Source: Spirochaetaceae bacterium
Lineage (GTDB): Bacteria > Spirochaetota > Spirochaetia > DSM-2461
Direction: 5' to 3'
Length of the DNA stretch: 64,000 nt
Assembly (NCBI GenBank): GCA_051531975.1
Contig: JAOPTT010000010.1
Coordinates: forward strand, 226,678-290,677
The position numbers and the translations under genes were made by a program. Shown here piece after piece: positions 1 through 10,800 of the stretch. Below the pieces are notes generated by a model. That model saw only the letters and a program-made list of their open reading frames with translations. It did no database searches and had not been told where the DNA came from. Numbering within the stretch: position 1 is the stretch's first letter; every line of letters begins with the position of its first letter.

Positions 1-240
1 ATATTCAAAATTTAATTTAGTTGTTTTATTTTTATTTCAACATTAAAGTTAATCATATTTCAAATATTGAATTTTTATGGAGGAAACAGATGATTGAGAT
101 GAACAACAAAAAGGGAAATTTATTACAATAGAAATTTTTACTTAGTTTCTATTAGAAAATTTCTTTATTAAATGTGTGATAAAAATCAATTATTGATGTT
201 TATGAATTTTAATAACAAATAGAAATTATGGAGAAGTCAG

Positions 241-819
241 TTGACTCAAAAAAATACGGAATTAAAGTTTCCAACTATTAAGACAGGCAGATTAAATTTA
301 AGAGAAGTTAGAGAAGATGATGTTAGTAGTATGATGAAATACTTATCAGATAAAGAGACTATGTTACATTACGATGTAGAACCTATGACTAATATTAAAT
401 CTGCAACTAAATTGATAACAGATTTTAAAAGTCGTTATTATAAAAAGAATGGTATCAGGTGGGTAATTGAATACTCAGAAACCAATGAAATAATCGGGGA
501 TATTGGATTTAATTATTTTGATGGATGGAATGCACGAACAGATATAGGATTTATTTTAAGGCGAGATTTTTGGCGTCAGGGTATTATTTCTGAAGCCACA
601 GAAGCTGTTATTAAATGGGTGTTTAATGATTTAGATTTTGTAAAAATTAACAGAATTGAAGGTGAAACAACTATAAATAATATTGCTTCTATTAATACTC
701 TTAAAAAAATAGGTTTTATTGAAGAAGGAATCCTTAGAGAGGGTCGGAATTGGCAAAACTGCTTAGTTGATATCAGACTGTTTTCATATTTACGAAAAGA
801 TTTTGACAATAAGAGTTAA
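241..819 (+). CDS. GNAT N-acetyltransferase, RimJ/RimL family
   Basis: PTIKTGRLNLRE N-terminus, FWRQGIISEA acetyl-CoA motif, N..S..L.KIGF..EG. Confidence 0.9.
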   Translation: MTQKNTELKFPTIKTGRLNLREVREDDVSSMMKYLSDKETMLHYDVEPMTNIKSATKLITDFKSRYYKKNGIRWVIEYSETNEIIGDIGFNYFDGWNARTDIGFILRRDFWRQGIISEATEAVIKWVFNDLDFVKINRIEGETTINNIASINTLKKIGFIEEGILREGRNWQNCLVDIRLFSYLRKDFDNKS

Positions 820-940
820 AAATTAATTGATTGCTACTCTAAGCAGTAGCTATCTTTTTATTATACAAAATAAGCACAAGGAGAGAGTCGATGAAATTAA
901 AATTTTACTTAGAATCAATTAACTAGTAAAAGAGGACTAC

Positions 941-1945
941 TTGAGAAATATAAAAGAAAATATAGATAAAATAGCAGAGGAAACTAATTTTTATGGTTTA
1001 GTTTCAATTAGTAAAGAATTTGAAGAGTCTATTCAACTTCCCTATGGATATAGAGATTATCCTAATAGAATTAAAAATGATAAAGATACAATATTTCCTA
1101 TTGCTTCAGGAACAAAGCTTTTCACAGCTGTTTCAATATGTAAATTAATAGAACAAGGAAAACTAACTCTAGAGACCAAAGTTGATAACATTTTTAAAGA
1201 ACACTTTTCATTTATAGATGGTGAATCAACAATTCATAATTTATTGACACATACATCTGGTATTTACGATTATTATGATAATGATCTTGTAGAGGATTTT
1301 TCTGAGTTTCATCTGGATATACCATGGTATGAACTTGAATCACCAAGTGATTATTTAGTGTTATTAATAGATAAAAAGATGAAGTTTAAGGCAAATGAAT
1401 CTATGTCATATTCAAATTCAGGCTATCTATTTCTAGCTGTTATAATTGAAAAAATAACAGGGATTACTTATGAATCGTTTATCCAAGATAACATCCTAGA
1501 TAAAGTTGGAATGAAACACTCTGGTTTTTATGCTATGAATCAATTACCAGCAAAAACGTGTATTGGTTATTCTGTTAAAAACAATGAGTACATATCCAAC
1601 ATATACAATATTTCTAAAAAAGGTGTAGGAGATACAGGATTATACACAACAGATCAGGATCTTATACTGTTTTGGAAAGCTCTACTAAACAATGAACTAC
1701 TTTCTGAAACCATAACTAACTCATTATTAAAATCTAAAGTACAGATGTGGGATAACATAGGTTACGGTCTGGGCATTTACATTAATAATGAGAAAAATGA
1801 AGAATCCTATGTAATTGTAGGTGCCGATCCTGGAATAGGTTTTTACTCTAGATATTTTCCAATAAGTAAAACTATTATTAATGTTTTTTCTAATAAATCT
1901 GATGTTATATGGGATTTTGTGAAGTCTCTAAATAAATTATATTAA
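941..1945 (+). CDS. Serine hydrolase, beta-lactamase class C/PBP family
   Basis: SGTK (SxxK), LLTHTSG, YSN motifs. Confidence 0.9.
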   Translation: MRNIKENIDKIAEETNFYGLVSISKEFEESIQLPYGYRDYPNRIKNDKDTIFPIASGTKLFTAVSICKLIEQGKLTLETKVDNIFKEHFSFIDGESTIHNLLTHTSGIYDYYDNDLVEDFSEFHLDIPWYELESPSDYLVLLIDKKMKFKANESMSYSNSGYLFLAVIIEKITGITYESFIQDNILDKVGMKHSGFYAMNQLPAKTCIGYSVKNNEYISNIYNISKKGVGDTGLYTTDQDLILFWKALLNNELLSETITNSLLKSKVQMWDNIGYGLGIYINNEKNEESYVIVGADPGIGFYSRYFPISKTIINVFSNKSDVIWDFVKSLNKLY

Positions 1946-1947
1946 GG

Positions 1948-1983
1948 AATTAGTACTCTTCTTGTATTAGGAGAGTACTAATT
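1948..1983. terminator. Probable bidirectional terminator between convergent genes
   Basis: Inverted repeat AATTAGTACTCT...AGAGTACTAATT. Confidence 0.6.
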
Positions 1984-2000
1984 CCCAACCTAATTATAGT

Positions 2001-2915
2001 TTATGTTATATTTAACTTTATGTATTCAATGTTCTCTTTTAAATGTTTAATAGAGGAGGTTGTTACTAGTGCTACACTTCCATTAAACTGATTACAAACC
2101 CAATTCAAAACCCAAGATGTAGGTTTTTCTGTTTTATTTTTAAGCTCAATTAGTTTGTCTCTATTATCTTTTGTATCATAAGCATTATTTAAAATTTGTT
2201 CGTTATTATATTGTCCATGTAAAGCTATTGAGTATCCTACTAATGTTATATCATTATAATAACTTATGTAGTCTATTAGTTCGTCATTTACAAATTGTTG
2301 AACACCTGCATCATAATTTGAAACCGGGGCCAGATAACTAAACCTCTGCTGTATTGCTGAAAAAAATGGAATATCTAATTCTAAGCAGATATTTCTTGCT
2401 TGCTCTAATCTCCATGTTTTAAAATTACTTGCTCCATAGGCCTTTATTTTACCAGATAGTCGTAAACTATTTAAAGCCAACAGCGTCTCTTTTAAGTCTG
2501 TATCTCTATCATCTATATGTAGATACAGTAGATCTATATAATCTGTTTGTAGTCTCTTTAAACATTTATCAACCTCTTTTAATATAACGTCTGGACTATT
2601 ACCTTGCAAAATTGAAAAATCACTTGGATCACCTGGTTTTGGAAGAGCCCCAACTTTAGTAGCAATAATAATGTCTTTACGATTATTCCTTTCATTCAAC
2701 CATTCGCCAATGACTGTCTCACTCTCGCTACCATTACAGTTTTCAACCCAAATAGAGTAACAATTAGCGGTATCAAAAAAATTACCACCATTTTCAACAT
2801 AACAATCCATAAGTTCAAAAGACTTTTTTTTACTTACCCTTGAACCAAACGAAATACAACCTAATCCTAATTGTGATACATTTAAATCACTTTTTCCTAA
2901 TACAATCTTCTTCAT
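2001..2915 (-). CDS. Aldo/keto reductase
   Basis: LGLGC, GGNFFDTANCY, SETVIG, LKRLQTDYIDLLYLH. Confidence 0.92.
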   Translation of the reverse strand: MKKIVLGKSDLNVSQLGLGCISFGSRVSKKKSFELMDCYVENGGNFFDTANCYSIWVENCNGSESETVIGEWLNERNNRKDIIIATKVGALPKPGDPSDFSILQGNSPDVILKEVDKCLKRLQTDYIDLLYLHIDDRDTDLKETLLALNSLRLSGKIKAYGASNFKTWRLEQARNICLELDIPFFSAIQQRFSYLAPVSNYDAGVQQFVNDELIDYISYYNDITLVGYSIALHGQYNNEQILNNAYDTKDNRDKLIELKNKTEKPTSWVLNWVCNQFNGSVALVTTSSIKHLKENIEYIKLNIT

Positions 2916-2930
2916 ATATGATAATATAAA

Positions 2931-2950
2931 CCTTAGTGTTAACTCTAAGG
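2931..2950. promoter_or_regulatory. MerR-family operator in the divergent akr/merR promoter
   Basis: Palindrome CCTTAGTGTTAACTCTAAGG between divergent aldo/keto reductase and MerR genes. Confidence 0.7.
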
Positions 2951-2979
2951 AAAGTAAAAAAACAAAAAAAGAGGAAATA

Positions 2980-3330
2980 ATGACAATAAAAGAAACATCG
3001 GAGATTACAGGCTTCTCTGCTTTTACTCTAAGATATTATGAGAAGGAAGGAATATTACAAGACATAGATAGGGATGAATCTGGATATAGAAAATATAGTA
3101 ATAAAGATGTTGATATATTAAAATTTCTAAGTTGTCTTAAGAAAGCAGAAATGTCTGTAAAAGATATCAATGAATTTACAGATCTTCTTTATAGTGGAGA
3201 CTCCACAATCGAAGAAAGAGTACTATTATTAGAGAAGCAAGAAGTTAAAATAAAAGCCAAACTTGCTGAAACTAAAGAAGTATATGATCATATAAAATTG
3301 AAAATAAAATATTATAAAGGACAACTTTAG
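2980..3330 (+). CDS. MerR family transcriptional regulator (AdhR-like)
   Basis: TLRYYEKEGIL..RDESGYRKY. Confidence 0.92.
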   Translation: MTIKETSEITGFSAFTLRYYEKEGILQDIDRDESGYRKYSNKDVDILKFLSCLKKAEMSVKDINEFTDLLYSGDSTIEERVLLLEKQEVKIKAKLAETKEVYDHIKLKIKYYKGQL

Positions 3331-3391
3331 AAAATGAATAGTTAAAGATAACAACTAAGACATAATTCAGCATTGGTGAGTTTTATTATAA

Positions 3392-3925
3392 TTATTTTGC
3401 TAAGCTTTTTAATATTTCAATAACACCTTCACTGTCCCATTCATGAGCACCAACTTTTAATGCAACGACAAAACCATCTTTATCAATTATATAAGTGGTT
3501 GGAATATTTCTAATACTATATAAGTTAGAGATAATATTATTTTCATCTAATAGAGCTTCAAAATTATAATTTCCTTCTTTCATAAATGAATCTACAGTAT
3601 CAAATTTTTCACCTACATTTACAGAGATAACTTCAATATCTAAATCCTTAACACTCTGATGTAATTTTTCAATTGATGGCATTTCACTTATACATGGAGG
3701 ACACCATGAGGCCCAAAAATTAAGTAATAATACTTTACCTTTATAATCTGATAAAGATTTATTTTCACCATTTAAATTTTTTGAACTAAATAAAGGTGCT
3801 TCTAACTTTGTTTCTAATTCTCTTATAGCTTCTTGCTGGTATAATTCATTGTTATCTACTAATGTATCTGCTTTGGCACAGCTTCCTAGTATTATTATTA
3901 AAAGTACTAATATTATATGTTTCAT
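3392..3925 (-). CDS. TlpA/ResA-type thiol-disulfide oxidoreductase lipoprotein
   Basis: Lipobox LGSC; NFWASWCPPC. Confidence 0.9.
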   Translation of the reverse strand: MKHIILVLLIIILGSCAKADTLVDNNELYQQEAIRELETKLEAPLFSSKNLNGENKSLSDYKGKVLLLNFWASWCPPCISEMPSIEKLHQSVKDLDIEVISVNVGEKFDTVDSFMKEGNYNFEALLDENNIISNLYSIRNIPTTYIIDKDGFVVALKVGAHEWDSEGVIEILKSLAK

Positions 3926-3966
3926 TATATTTCCCTTAAAAAGAGGGGTCTCCCCCTCTACATTTA

Positions 3967-4632
3967 TTATTGAATGATCTCTCCATCAGAAAGTTTTATT
4001 CTCCTAGAAGCGACCTTTATTGAGGTATCATCGTGGGTTACCATTATAATTGTATGCCCCCAACTATTAAGTTCCTTAAACAGACTTAATATCTCATCTC
4101 TAGTTTTACTATCAAGGTTTCCTGTAGGTTCATCAGCAAAAAGTATCTTTGGTTCATTTACTAAAGCTCTAGCAATTGCTGCCCTCTGCTGCTGTCCACC
4201 AGAGAGCTCTGAAGGAAGGTGATTCATCCTGTCAGCCAGTCCAACCTTATTCAAAATTGTTAAAGCCTTCTTCTTTTTCTCAGCTCTCGATATTTTTTTA
4301 TGAGCTAAAGGCAACATTACATTTTCTTCTAAAGTCATATAAGGAATCAGGTTAAATGCCTGGAATATGAATCCAAGATATTCCGATCTAAATCGTGATA
4401 AACCATCACTATCTAAAGTTGTATAAAGTGAAATATCATCAACTATTACCTCGCCTCGTGTAGGATGCTGTAATCCAGCCATAACTGTTAAAAGTGTTGA
4501 CTTACCACTTCCTGAAGGTCCATGAATGGTTACAAACTCCCCCTCTTTTATCTCTATATTAAGGTTTTTAAGAGCTATAACTTGGTTATCTCCATTACCA
4601 TAAATTTTATCTAAATTATCTAGTTTAATCAT
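3967..4632 (-). CDS. ABC ATP-binding protein (LolD/MacB type)
   Basis: GPSGSGKST, LSGGQQQR, ADEPTGNLD. Confidence 0.95.
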   Translation of the reverse strand: MIKLDNLDKIYGNGDNQVIALKNLNIEIKEGEFVTIHGPSGSGKSTLLTVMAGLQHPTRGEVIVDDISLYTTLDSDGLSRFRSEYLGFIFQAFNLIPYMTLEENVMLPLAHKKISRAEKKKKALTILNKVGLADRMNHLPSELSGGQQQRAAIARALVNEPKILFADEPTGNLDSKTRDEILSLFKELNSWGHTIIMVTHDDTSIKVASRRIKLSDGEIIQ

Positions 4633-4641
4633 ATTTAACTC

Positions 4642-5811
4642 CTACAAACTATTTATGGTCTTAACTGGATCACAATTTGACGCTTTAATTGCTGGAAGCA
4701 AAGAGGATACAAACCCAAGAAGTAATACAACAATAAATCCTTTAATAAAAAAAACTTTGTCTATTAAAACATTTCCAACTTCGATATCGGCAAACCTTGG
4801 AAGTCCAACATAGGACGCTATAATAGAGAGACCAATTCCTAAAACTCCTGCAGTAAAACTTATTATTAGGGATTCTAACTGAATAACCTGAATAATATGA
4901 CTTTTACAAAATCCTATGGCTCGATAGATTCCTATCTCATGTTTTCTCTCATTAACCGAAGCAGCCATATTTGAGAATATGAGTAAAGAGCATAACAGTA
5001 TCAAAATTAATGAAATTGAGATGGCAAACTTTTCAACCTGCCCAATTACTTCCATTCTCTGTATCATAACTTCTCTTAAAGCTCTAACATTTGAGTTAGG
5101 AAGAACTTCTGAAATCTGATTCACAAGATCCTCTATTGGGCATTCACTGCACAAAGCTGAAATCTCAACTAATGAAACTTTCCCTGGTTTATTTAATAGA
5201 GCCTCTACAACTTCAAGATTTGCAATAATAGCTTCATCATCCTGGTTTCCTGAAACTTCAAGAACTTTTGCCACATGAAAGATTAAGTTATTAATTTCTA
5301 TCGAATCACCTGTTTGTAGTCCAAGTTTATCAGCAACATCAAAACCAATTATCAGATCATTTTCATCTTCTGGAATGTTTTCTGTATCATCCCACCACCC
5401 ATTTATTTTAAAAACTGAGCTAAAGTCTGTTCCAACAATTACTACCATCTGCTCTGTAGTTGCTGTTTTAACATTAACAGCACCAACTAACTTAGGAGAA
5501 ATAGCTCTAATACTTGCAATGTCTTTAATAGTGCTTATTTTCTCTAAATCCTTTTTGTTTATCTCTTCTATAGAGACAACTTCATTAAAACTAATTCCCC
5601 CATAACTTAAGGATAGGGAATCTGTTTTAGGAGTTATTATAATATTTGCACCATATTCATCAAACTGGCTCTCAATTTTATATGTCTGACTTTTTGTAAA
5701 AGTATACAGAGTTAATACAGTTGTAATGCTTAATATCATAGCTATTAAAATAAATGCCTTTTTACTTTTTTGTCGTTTTAAACTACTAATTGTAATATCA
5801 AAGAGTGTCAT
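4642..5811 (-). CDS. ABC permease, FtsX/MacB family
   Basis: N-terminal TM, periplasmic domain, ERKHEIGIYRAIG, 3 C-terminal TMs. Confidence 0.9.
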   Translation of the reverse strand: MTLFDITISSLKRQKSKKAFILIAMILSITTVLTLYTFTKSQTYKIESQFDEYGANIIITPKTDSLSLSYGGISFNEVVSIEEINKKDLEKISTIKDIASIRAISPKLVGAVNVKTATTEQMVVIVGTDFSSVFKINGWWDDTENIPEDENDLIIGFDVADKLGLQTGDSIEINNLIFHVAKVLEVSGNQDDEAIIANLEVVEALLNKPGKVSLVEISALCSECPIEDLVNQISEVLPNSNVRALREVMIQRMEVIGQVEKFAISISLILILLCSLLIFSNMAASVNERKHEIGIYRAIGFCKSHIIQVIQLESLIISFTAGVLGIGLSIIASYVGLPRFADIEVGNVLIDKVFFIKGFIVVLLLGFVSSLLPAIKASNCDPVKTINSL

Positions 5812-6363
5812 TTAGAAAAACCTCTTACCTAAAGCGATATCTTCAACTTTAATAATAAGATTATCTCCAATAATTTCCCTAGTTAATGGGGAAGGATTAC
5901 AACCACCTAAAACAACATTTATCTGGTCTTCAGGGAAAGATTGTCCACAATTATTACATTGCATAAAATCACCAACTTGGTTATATCCACGTTTTGATGC
6001 AAAACAAACATCACAGGCATCAAATGCAGCTCTTATTGTTCCATCATTTGATTTTAATATAAAAAATTTAACCGAACCATTTTTAAATTGGTACTCAAAG
6101 TATTGTGCAGTATCATCAAAAGAGGATACAGGAAACGATATAGATCCATCTACATCTTTAACTACGGTATATCTATTACCTGTGTTTGTTTTTGTATTGG
6201 TATCTGTAGTAGTTGGTATATCTAAAGGTTTTTGAGCAACTTGTTTTTCCTGTTTATTACTAGGTAGAACTAAAAATGTAATTATTATTACTAATACAGC
6301 AATAATACCAATATATATTAAATTATTATTTTTCTTCTTCAAGACTATGTCTTTTTTACTCAT
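5812..6363 (-). CDS. DUF2318-like membrane-anchored Cys-rich (Fe-S/metal) protein
   Basis: AAFDACDVC...CNNC...GGCNPSPL. Confidence 0.8.
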   Translation of the reverse strand: MSKKDIVLKKKNNNLIYIGIIAVLVIIITFLVLPSNKQEKQVAQKPLDIPTTTDTNTKTNTGNRYTVVKDVDGSISFPVSSFDDTAQYFEYQFKNGSVKFFILKSNDGTIRAAFDACDVCFASKRGYNQVGDFMQCNNCGQSFPEDQINVVLGGCNPSPLTREIIGDNLIIKVEDIALGKRFF

Positions 6364-6414
6364 GTGTTATCTCCTATAGTGTAAATAAAATTAAATTATA
6401 ATTGATAATTTATT

Positions 6415-6738
6415 TCAAATTAGGAGACGTATATTTTCTAAGGGTGAATAAAAAGAGGAGAACTGAACAGTTCTCTGGGGATTTACCTGTGGTTGATCTG
6501 TAAATCTATGATTAATGATTTCAAAAGTATATTCTATGACAACTGGGATTTTAACAGTATAAGTAAGTGTAATCTCTGTCTTTTTTGTATGACAGCAACA
6601 TAATTTTGCACTATTAAGACTAGTTTTTAGTTCACAATTAATATCTTTCCCCATAAACAGAGAATTCGTTTCAATACTTGATAATATGATTGAGGTTGTA
6701 AATATTAAAAATATAATAACAATTACTTTTTTAGTCAT
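6415..6738 (-). CDS. Hypothetical protein with CCCH motif
   Basis: ORF upstream of metal ABC operon; N-terminal hydrophobic stretch. Confidence 0.45.
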   Translation of the reverse strand: MTKKVIVIIFLIFTTSIILSSIETNSLFMGKDINCELKTSLNSAKLCCCHTKKTEITLTYTVKIPVVIEYTFEIINHRFTDQPQVNPQRTVQFSSFYSPLENIRLLI

Positions 6739-6809
6739 GATGTTTTAATTATACATATCGATATCCCATTCAGCAAGTAGGGATTTTAAAAATTACAAAT
6801 TGTTAATGA

Positions 6810-6929
6810 TTACTCTTTATTTAGATCACAACATTCCAAACGTTTATGTCCAAATTGTTTCTCATTTACCTTTTCCATTCTCTTAAGATATCTCATCCAT
6901 CTTTTTTTTATTCTTTTAAATATATTCAT
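6810..6929 (-). CDS. Small LxCC-motif putative metal-binding protein (39 aa, not in ORF track)
   Basis: AGGAGA RBS then MNIFKRIKKRWMRYLKRMEKVNEKQFGHKRLECCDLNKE. Confidence 0.7.
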   Translation of the reverse strand: MNIFKRIKKRWMRYLKRMEKVNEKQFGHKRLECCDLNKE

Positions 6930-7029
6930 AGTGATCTCCTATATTAATTACTTTGCCATCTATATATTATTATACCCCACGATTAAAGTATGGTATAACA
7001 ATATGTAGAACTTTACTTTAATTTACTGA

Positions 7030-8379
7030 TTATTCAATCATGAACTGCCCCATCATACCGTTATCCTCATGCTCTAGGAAATGACAATGATACATATAAA
7101 TACCATCGTACTCTTTAAATATAAGGGCTATTTCATAAACATCTCCTGGAAACAGTAAAATTGTATCTTTAGGACCTGAATAAAGTAGATTTGGCTTTTC
7201 ACCATTAACTGAAATTACATTAAACTGTACATCGTGGACATGGAAAGAGTGGGGAGTAATCATCATACCTCGTTCTACATTTTCGATTGTCCATATTTCT
7301 GATTTGTCTCTTGGTACATTAAAATCTATTCTATTTCTAGACATGGACTTACCATTAATTGTAAATCGTCCCATCATACCTGTTTCCATTAAAAATGTTC
7401 TTTTAGTACTAGATTTAACCTGATACTTAACAGGTTCAAAATCTAACTTTTTAGGATGATTATATTTTTTACCTTTATTAGAACTAGTTAATATATTTAA
7501 TGTTATAAATGATTCTCCACTATAAACATCTGTCATTAATGATGTTTTTTCATCTTTATCAAAATCAACTAATATCTCGTATCTCTCACCTGGAGATAAA
7601 ATAATTTCTTTAACAGAAGTTGTTTTAGGAAGAAAACCTCCATCACTTGCTATTACAGTAAAGTTCTTATCATCTGAAAATCTGACTCTAAATATAGAAG
7701 AATTTGATCCATTAAGAATTCTAAACCGATATGTACCTGAGTCTAATTTTAGTTTTGGTTCAACAGCTCCATTAACAAGTAAAACATTACCCTTATATCC
7801 AAAAACATTTTCGTGCATATTAGGTCTATAATCAAATTGACCTTTATTATCTACTCTTCTGTCCTGTAAAATAATTGGAAAATCATTTATACCATAATCT
7901 TGGGGGATATTAAGAGATTTAGAATATTCATCGTTTATATAAAACATCCCAGCTAAACCATTATAAACATGCTCTGCAGTTTTACCCATTAAATGTGGGT
8001 GATACCATAAAGTTGCAGCTGGTTGAATTATTTTAAACTTTGGATTCCAAGTTGTCTTCTTTTTTATAATCTGGTGTGGACCACCATCGAACTCTGCAGG
8101 AACAAGTAAACCATGCCAGTGTACAGTTGTATCTACGCTTAACTTATTATTTACTATAAAAGATAAATCATCACCTCTATTAACCATAATTGTAGGTCCT
8201 AGATAGTTTCCATTAAATCCCATTGTTTTTGTTTTACCTGTTGGTAATATTAGTTCACCGGTTTGTATATTTAGCTCTAATTCCGAAGAATTTAATACGG
8301 CCGGTATTGGTAATAAAATGTCCCCAGCATATAAGTTGATCATAAAAAAAGAAAGAGAAAGTAATAATATAGTTTTCAT
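7030..8379 (-). CDS. Multicopper oxidase (CueO/SufI-like)
   Basis: HWHG, WYHPH, HSFHVH, HCHFLEHEDNGMM copper motifs. Confidence 0.95.
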   Translation of the reverse strand: MKTILLLSLSFFMINLYAGDILLPIPAVLNSSELELNIQTGELILPTGKTKTMGFNGNYLGPTIMVNRGDDLSFIVNNKLSVDTTVHWHGLLVPAEFDGGPHQIIKKKTTWNPKFKIIQPAATLWYHPHLMGKTAEHVYNGLAGMFYINDEYSKSLNIPQDYGINDFPIILQDRRVDNKGQFDYRPNMHENVFGYKGNVLLVNGAVEPKLKLDSGTYRFRILNGSNSSIFRVRFSDDKNFTVIASDGGFLPKTTSVKEIILSPGERYEILVDFDKDEKTSLMTDVYSGESFITLNILTSSNKGKKYNHPKKLDFEPVKYQVKSSTKRTFLMETGMMGRFTINGKSMSRNRIDFNVPRDKSEIWTIENVERGMMITPHSFHVHDVQFNVISVNGEKPNLLYSGPKDTILLFPGDVYEIALIFKEYDGIYMYHCHFLEHEDNGMMGQFMIE

Positions 8380-8454
8380 AGAAAGCCCCTATTATTTAAC
8401 TATAGTCCTTTCCATCTTTAATAGTAATAATTATTAAGAATATTTTTACATCCC

Positions 8455-9924
8455 TTAAAAACCAGAGATTTTTTCAATTTTAATTAGTCCTAAACCGTTT
8501 AATACCAACCGGTAATGAGATAATTGTCTGCTTAAAGAAACAATCAGATGTAAATGATATACCCTAGAACCTTTAATTTTTATTTTTTTACCATTTTTAA
8601 GTGTGGAATAAGTCTCTGTATTGTCATCCATATTTTTAAGCCAGTTATCCAAATTAATCCTTGTAATTTCTGTAATACAGTTATGCCTAGTATGATTTTT
8701 TAGTAACTTTTTACAGTTAATAATTATACTCTTTTTACAGTTGATAATGTTCTCAGCTGGTAAGATTGATCTAAATGGATTCTTTTTCCTCTCTCTTAAA
8801 AAGTTTACTTCATATGGCAGATCCGATGTAGTACAAAACCTCGCCATTGTTTTACATTTCCCAACTCTTTGGTTAGTAGCAGGATCAATCAGGTTGGATA
8901 TTATATCAGATATAAATAGTGGCATAAACCGAAAAAATATACTTTTTAAAATATCTTTTATCCTGTCTTTAAACATATAAATAATTATGGCCACCATTAT
9001 CCATGGAGTACTGTATATTGGAAAAAACCTGTCCGCTATAAAAGTAGCAGCAACAGTAAAAGTCATTGCTATTGAAGCCGCAACTCCTGATAACAGATGC
9101 CCTACCTTCTTTTTAGTTCTCGACTTCTCAAGATTCATATACATGGCTCCCTGGGACCATTTTTTAAGTATACTCTCTCGATAACTTATGGTTTCTCCAA
9201 GAGGAAATTGATCTTTTTCAGACATTGTAATAAATCCCTTATCATTCCTGTAGGAGATTTCATATTCGATAAATTTAATTAACTTGGTTGTTGATTCCCT
9301 CATAAAGTCATTTTTAACTGTATAATCATAGATCTTTAAGAGACTTTTTTCTGCCTCCATGCTCATACACTCGTCTGCCCATGATAGAGCAGTTTTTAAT
9401 TTGCCACTGATTTCAGGTGTCATGAAATCAAGATAGAGGGAACGTAGTTTTTCTAAAAAGATATAAGACTCTTTAATATGATTTTCTATTTTTTTGTTAA
9501 TAATAGATAAATTATTAGCTTTTACAAACTCTTTAACTATCAGTTTTGATACAGACCTCATCTCCAAGCGATAAATATTAGTTAATACCCGAAGTTCATA
9601 TAAAATATAACCCTCGTCTATTCCTGCCCTACTATTCAGATTATCAAGTTTTTTATTAATTCGATTAAACGGGCTGGGTTTACACTTATCATTCACTAAG
9701 CTAGCTAATGATATTTGCGGAGAAGAGTATCTAATATTAGATTGATAGTCCCTTAAAAAACCAGAGATACCATAATTTTTTTTGTTTATATTAAGCTGTC
9801 CTGGAGTGAATAAAAAGATATCAACACCATATGTAGCTTTCTTTTTATCTGGTATTGGGAATTGTGTTTTTAGTTCTAGCTGCCTTCTATTATGGCACCT
9901 AACATCGCATCTGAATTTTTTCAT
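8455..9924 (-). CDS. Hypothetical protein with two central TM helices
   Basis: 489-aa ORF; hydrophobic pair near aa 275-320. Confidence 0.7.
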   Translation of the reverse strand: MKKFRCDVRCHNRRQLELKTQFPIPDKKKATYGVDIFLFTPGQLNINKKNYGISGFLRDYQSNIRYSSPQISLASLVNDKCKPSPFNRINKKLDNLNSRAGIDEGYILYELRVLTNIYRLEMRSVSKLIVKEFVKANNLSIINKKIENHIKESYIFLEKLRSLYLDFMTPEISGKLKTALSWADECMSMEAEKSLLKIYDYTVKNDFMRESTTKLIKFIEYEISYRNDKGFITMSEKDQFPLGETISYRESILKKWSQGAMYMNLEKSRTKKKVGHLLSGVAASIAMTFTVAATFIADRFFPIYSTPWIMVAIIIYMFKDRIKDILKSIFFRFMPLFISDIISNLIDPATNQRVGKCKTMARFCTTSDLPYEVNFLRERKKNPFRSILPAENIINCKKSIIINCKKLLKNHTRHNCITEITRINLDNWLKNMDDNTETYSTLKNGKKIKIKGSRVYHLHLIVSLSRQLSHYRLVLNGLGLIKIEKISGF

Positions 9925-9933
9925 TATATAGCC

Positions 9934-10800
9934 TTAAATAAAGTCAAAAAACTGATTAAAAAACTTTGAAATTCCATGTTCAGAATTTGATAATATTATT
10001 AGATCAGCAATGGATTTTAATTCTGGGGCAGCATTACCCATAGCAATACCAAGACCAGCGTTTAAAATCATCTCCCTGTCATTTAAACCATCACCTATTG
10101 CAATTGTATCTACCCGGTTTATTCCACTACTCTCTAATAAATAAGATATCATATTACCCTTTGAAATACCTTTATTGGAAAACTCTAGGGTCCCTAATGA
10201 TGATAAAAAATGTGAACCTTCCTCTTTCCATAAATTACTAGAATTTAGCTCATCTGAAATATCTAACAGTAGTTTATTATTACAATTTAATTCACTTACA
10301 AGGAACATTCCATTTGTACATTTTTCATAATAATCTCCAGACTCATTAAGTAGCTCTGGAACAACTCCGGACTTTAGAGAATACTCTGTTGCCATCTCTT
10401 TTGAGCCGATATAATATACTTTTTTATCTATGTAGAATTGTACATAAACATTATGTTTTTTAGCAATAATTACAGCATCTGTTACAAGTCTAGGTTTTAA
10501 TAGATTCTGTTTTATAACTTTATTACCTACAGGTTCAATTAATTGAGCTCCATTATATGCAATCAGTGGTGTTTTAAGACCTAAAACTCCATGTGTTGGT
10601 AACATTGATTCGTAACTCCGACCACTTGCTAGATAGATTGGAATATCTCTGTTTATTATCTGCTTAAGGCATAATTGTACTTCCGGGCTTACAGTTCCAG
10701 TATCATCAAGAACTGTTCCATCCATATCCAGAAAAATTGCTTTAACATTTTCTGCTTTTACATTTTCTGCTTTTACATTTTCTGCTTTAATATTAGTCAT
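9934..10800 (-). CDS. Cof-type HAD-IIB phosphatase
   Basis: FLDMDGT, ASGR, GDGLND motifs. Confidence 0.92.
   Translation of the reverse strand: MTNIKAENVKAENVKAENVKAIFLDMDGTVLDDTGTVSPEVQLCLKQIINRDIPIYLASGRSYESMLPTHGVLGLKTPLIAYNGAQLIEPVGNKVIKQNLLKPRLVTDAVIIAKKHNVYVQFYIDKKVYYIGSKEMATEYSLKSGVVPELLNESGDYYEKCTNGMFLVSELNCNNKLLLDISDELNSSNLWKEEGSHFLSSLGTLEFSNKGISKGNMISYLLESSGINRVDTIAIGDGLNDREMILNAGLGIAMGNAAPELKSIADLIILSNSEHGISKFFNQFFDFI
10738..10790. repeat. 15-bp tandem repeat encoding (KAENV)x3 at the HAD N-terminus
   Basis: Repeated ACATTTTCTGCTTTT units. Confidence 0.85.
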
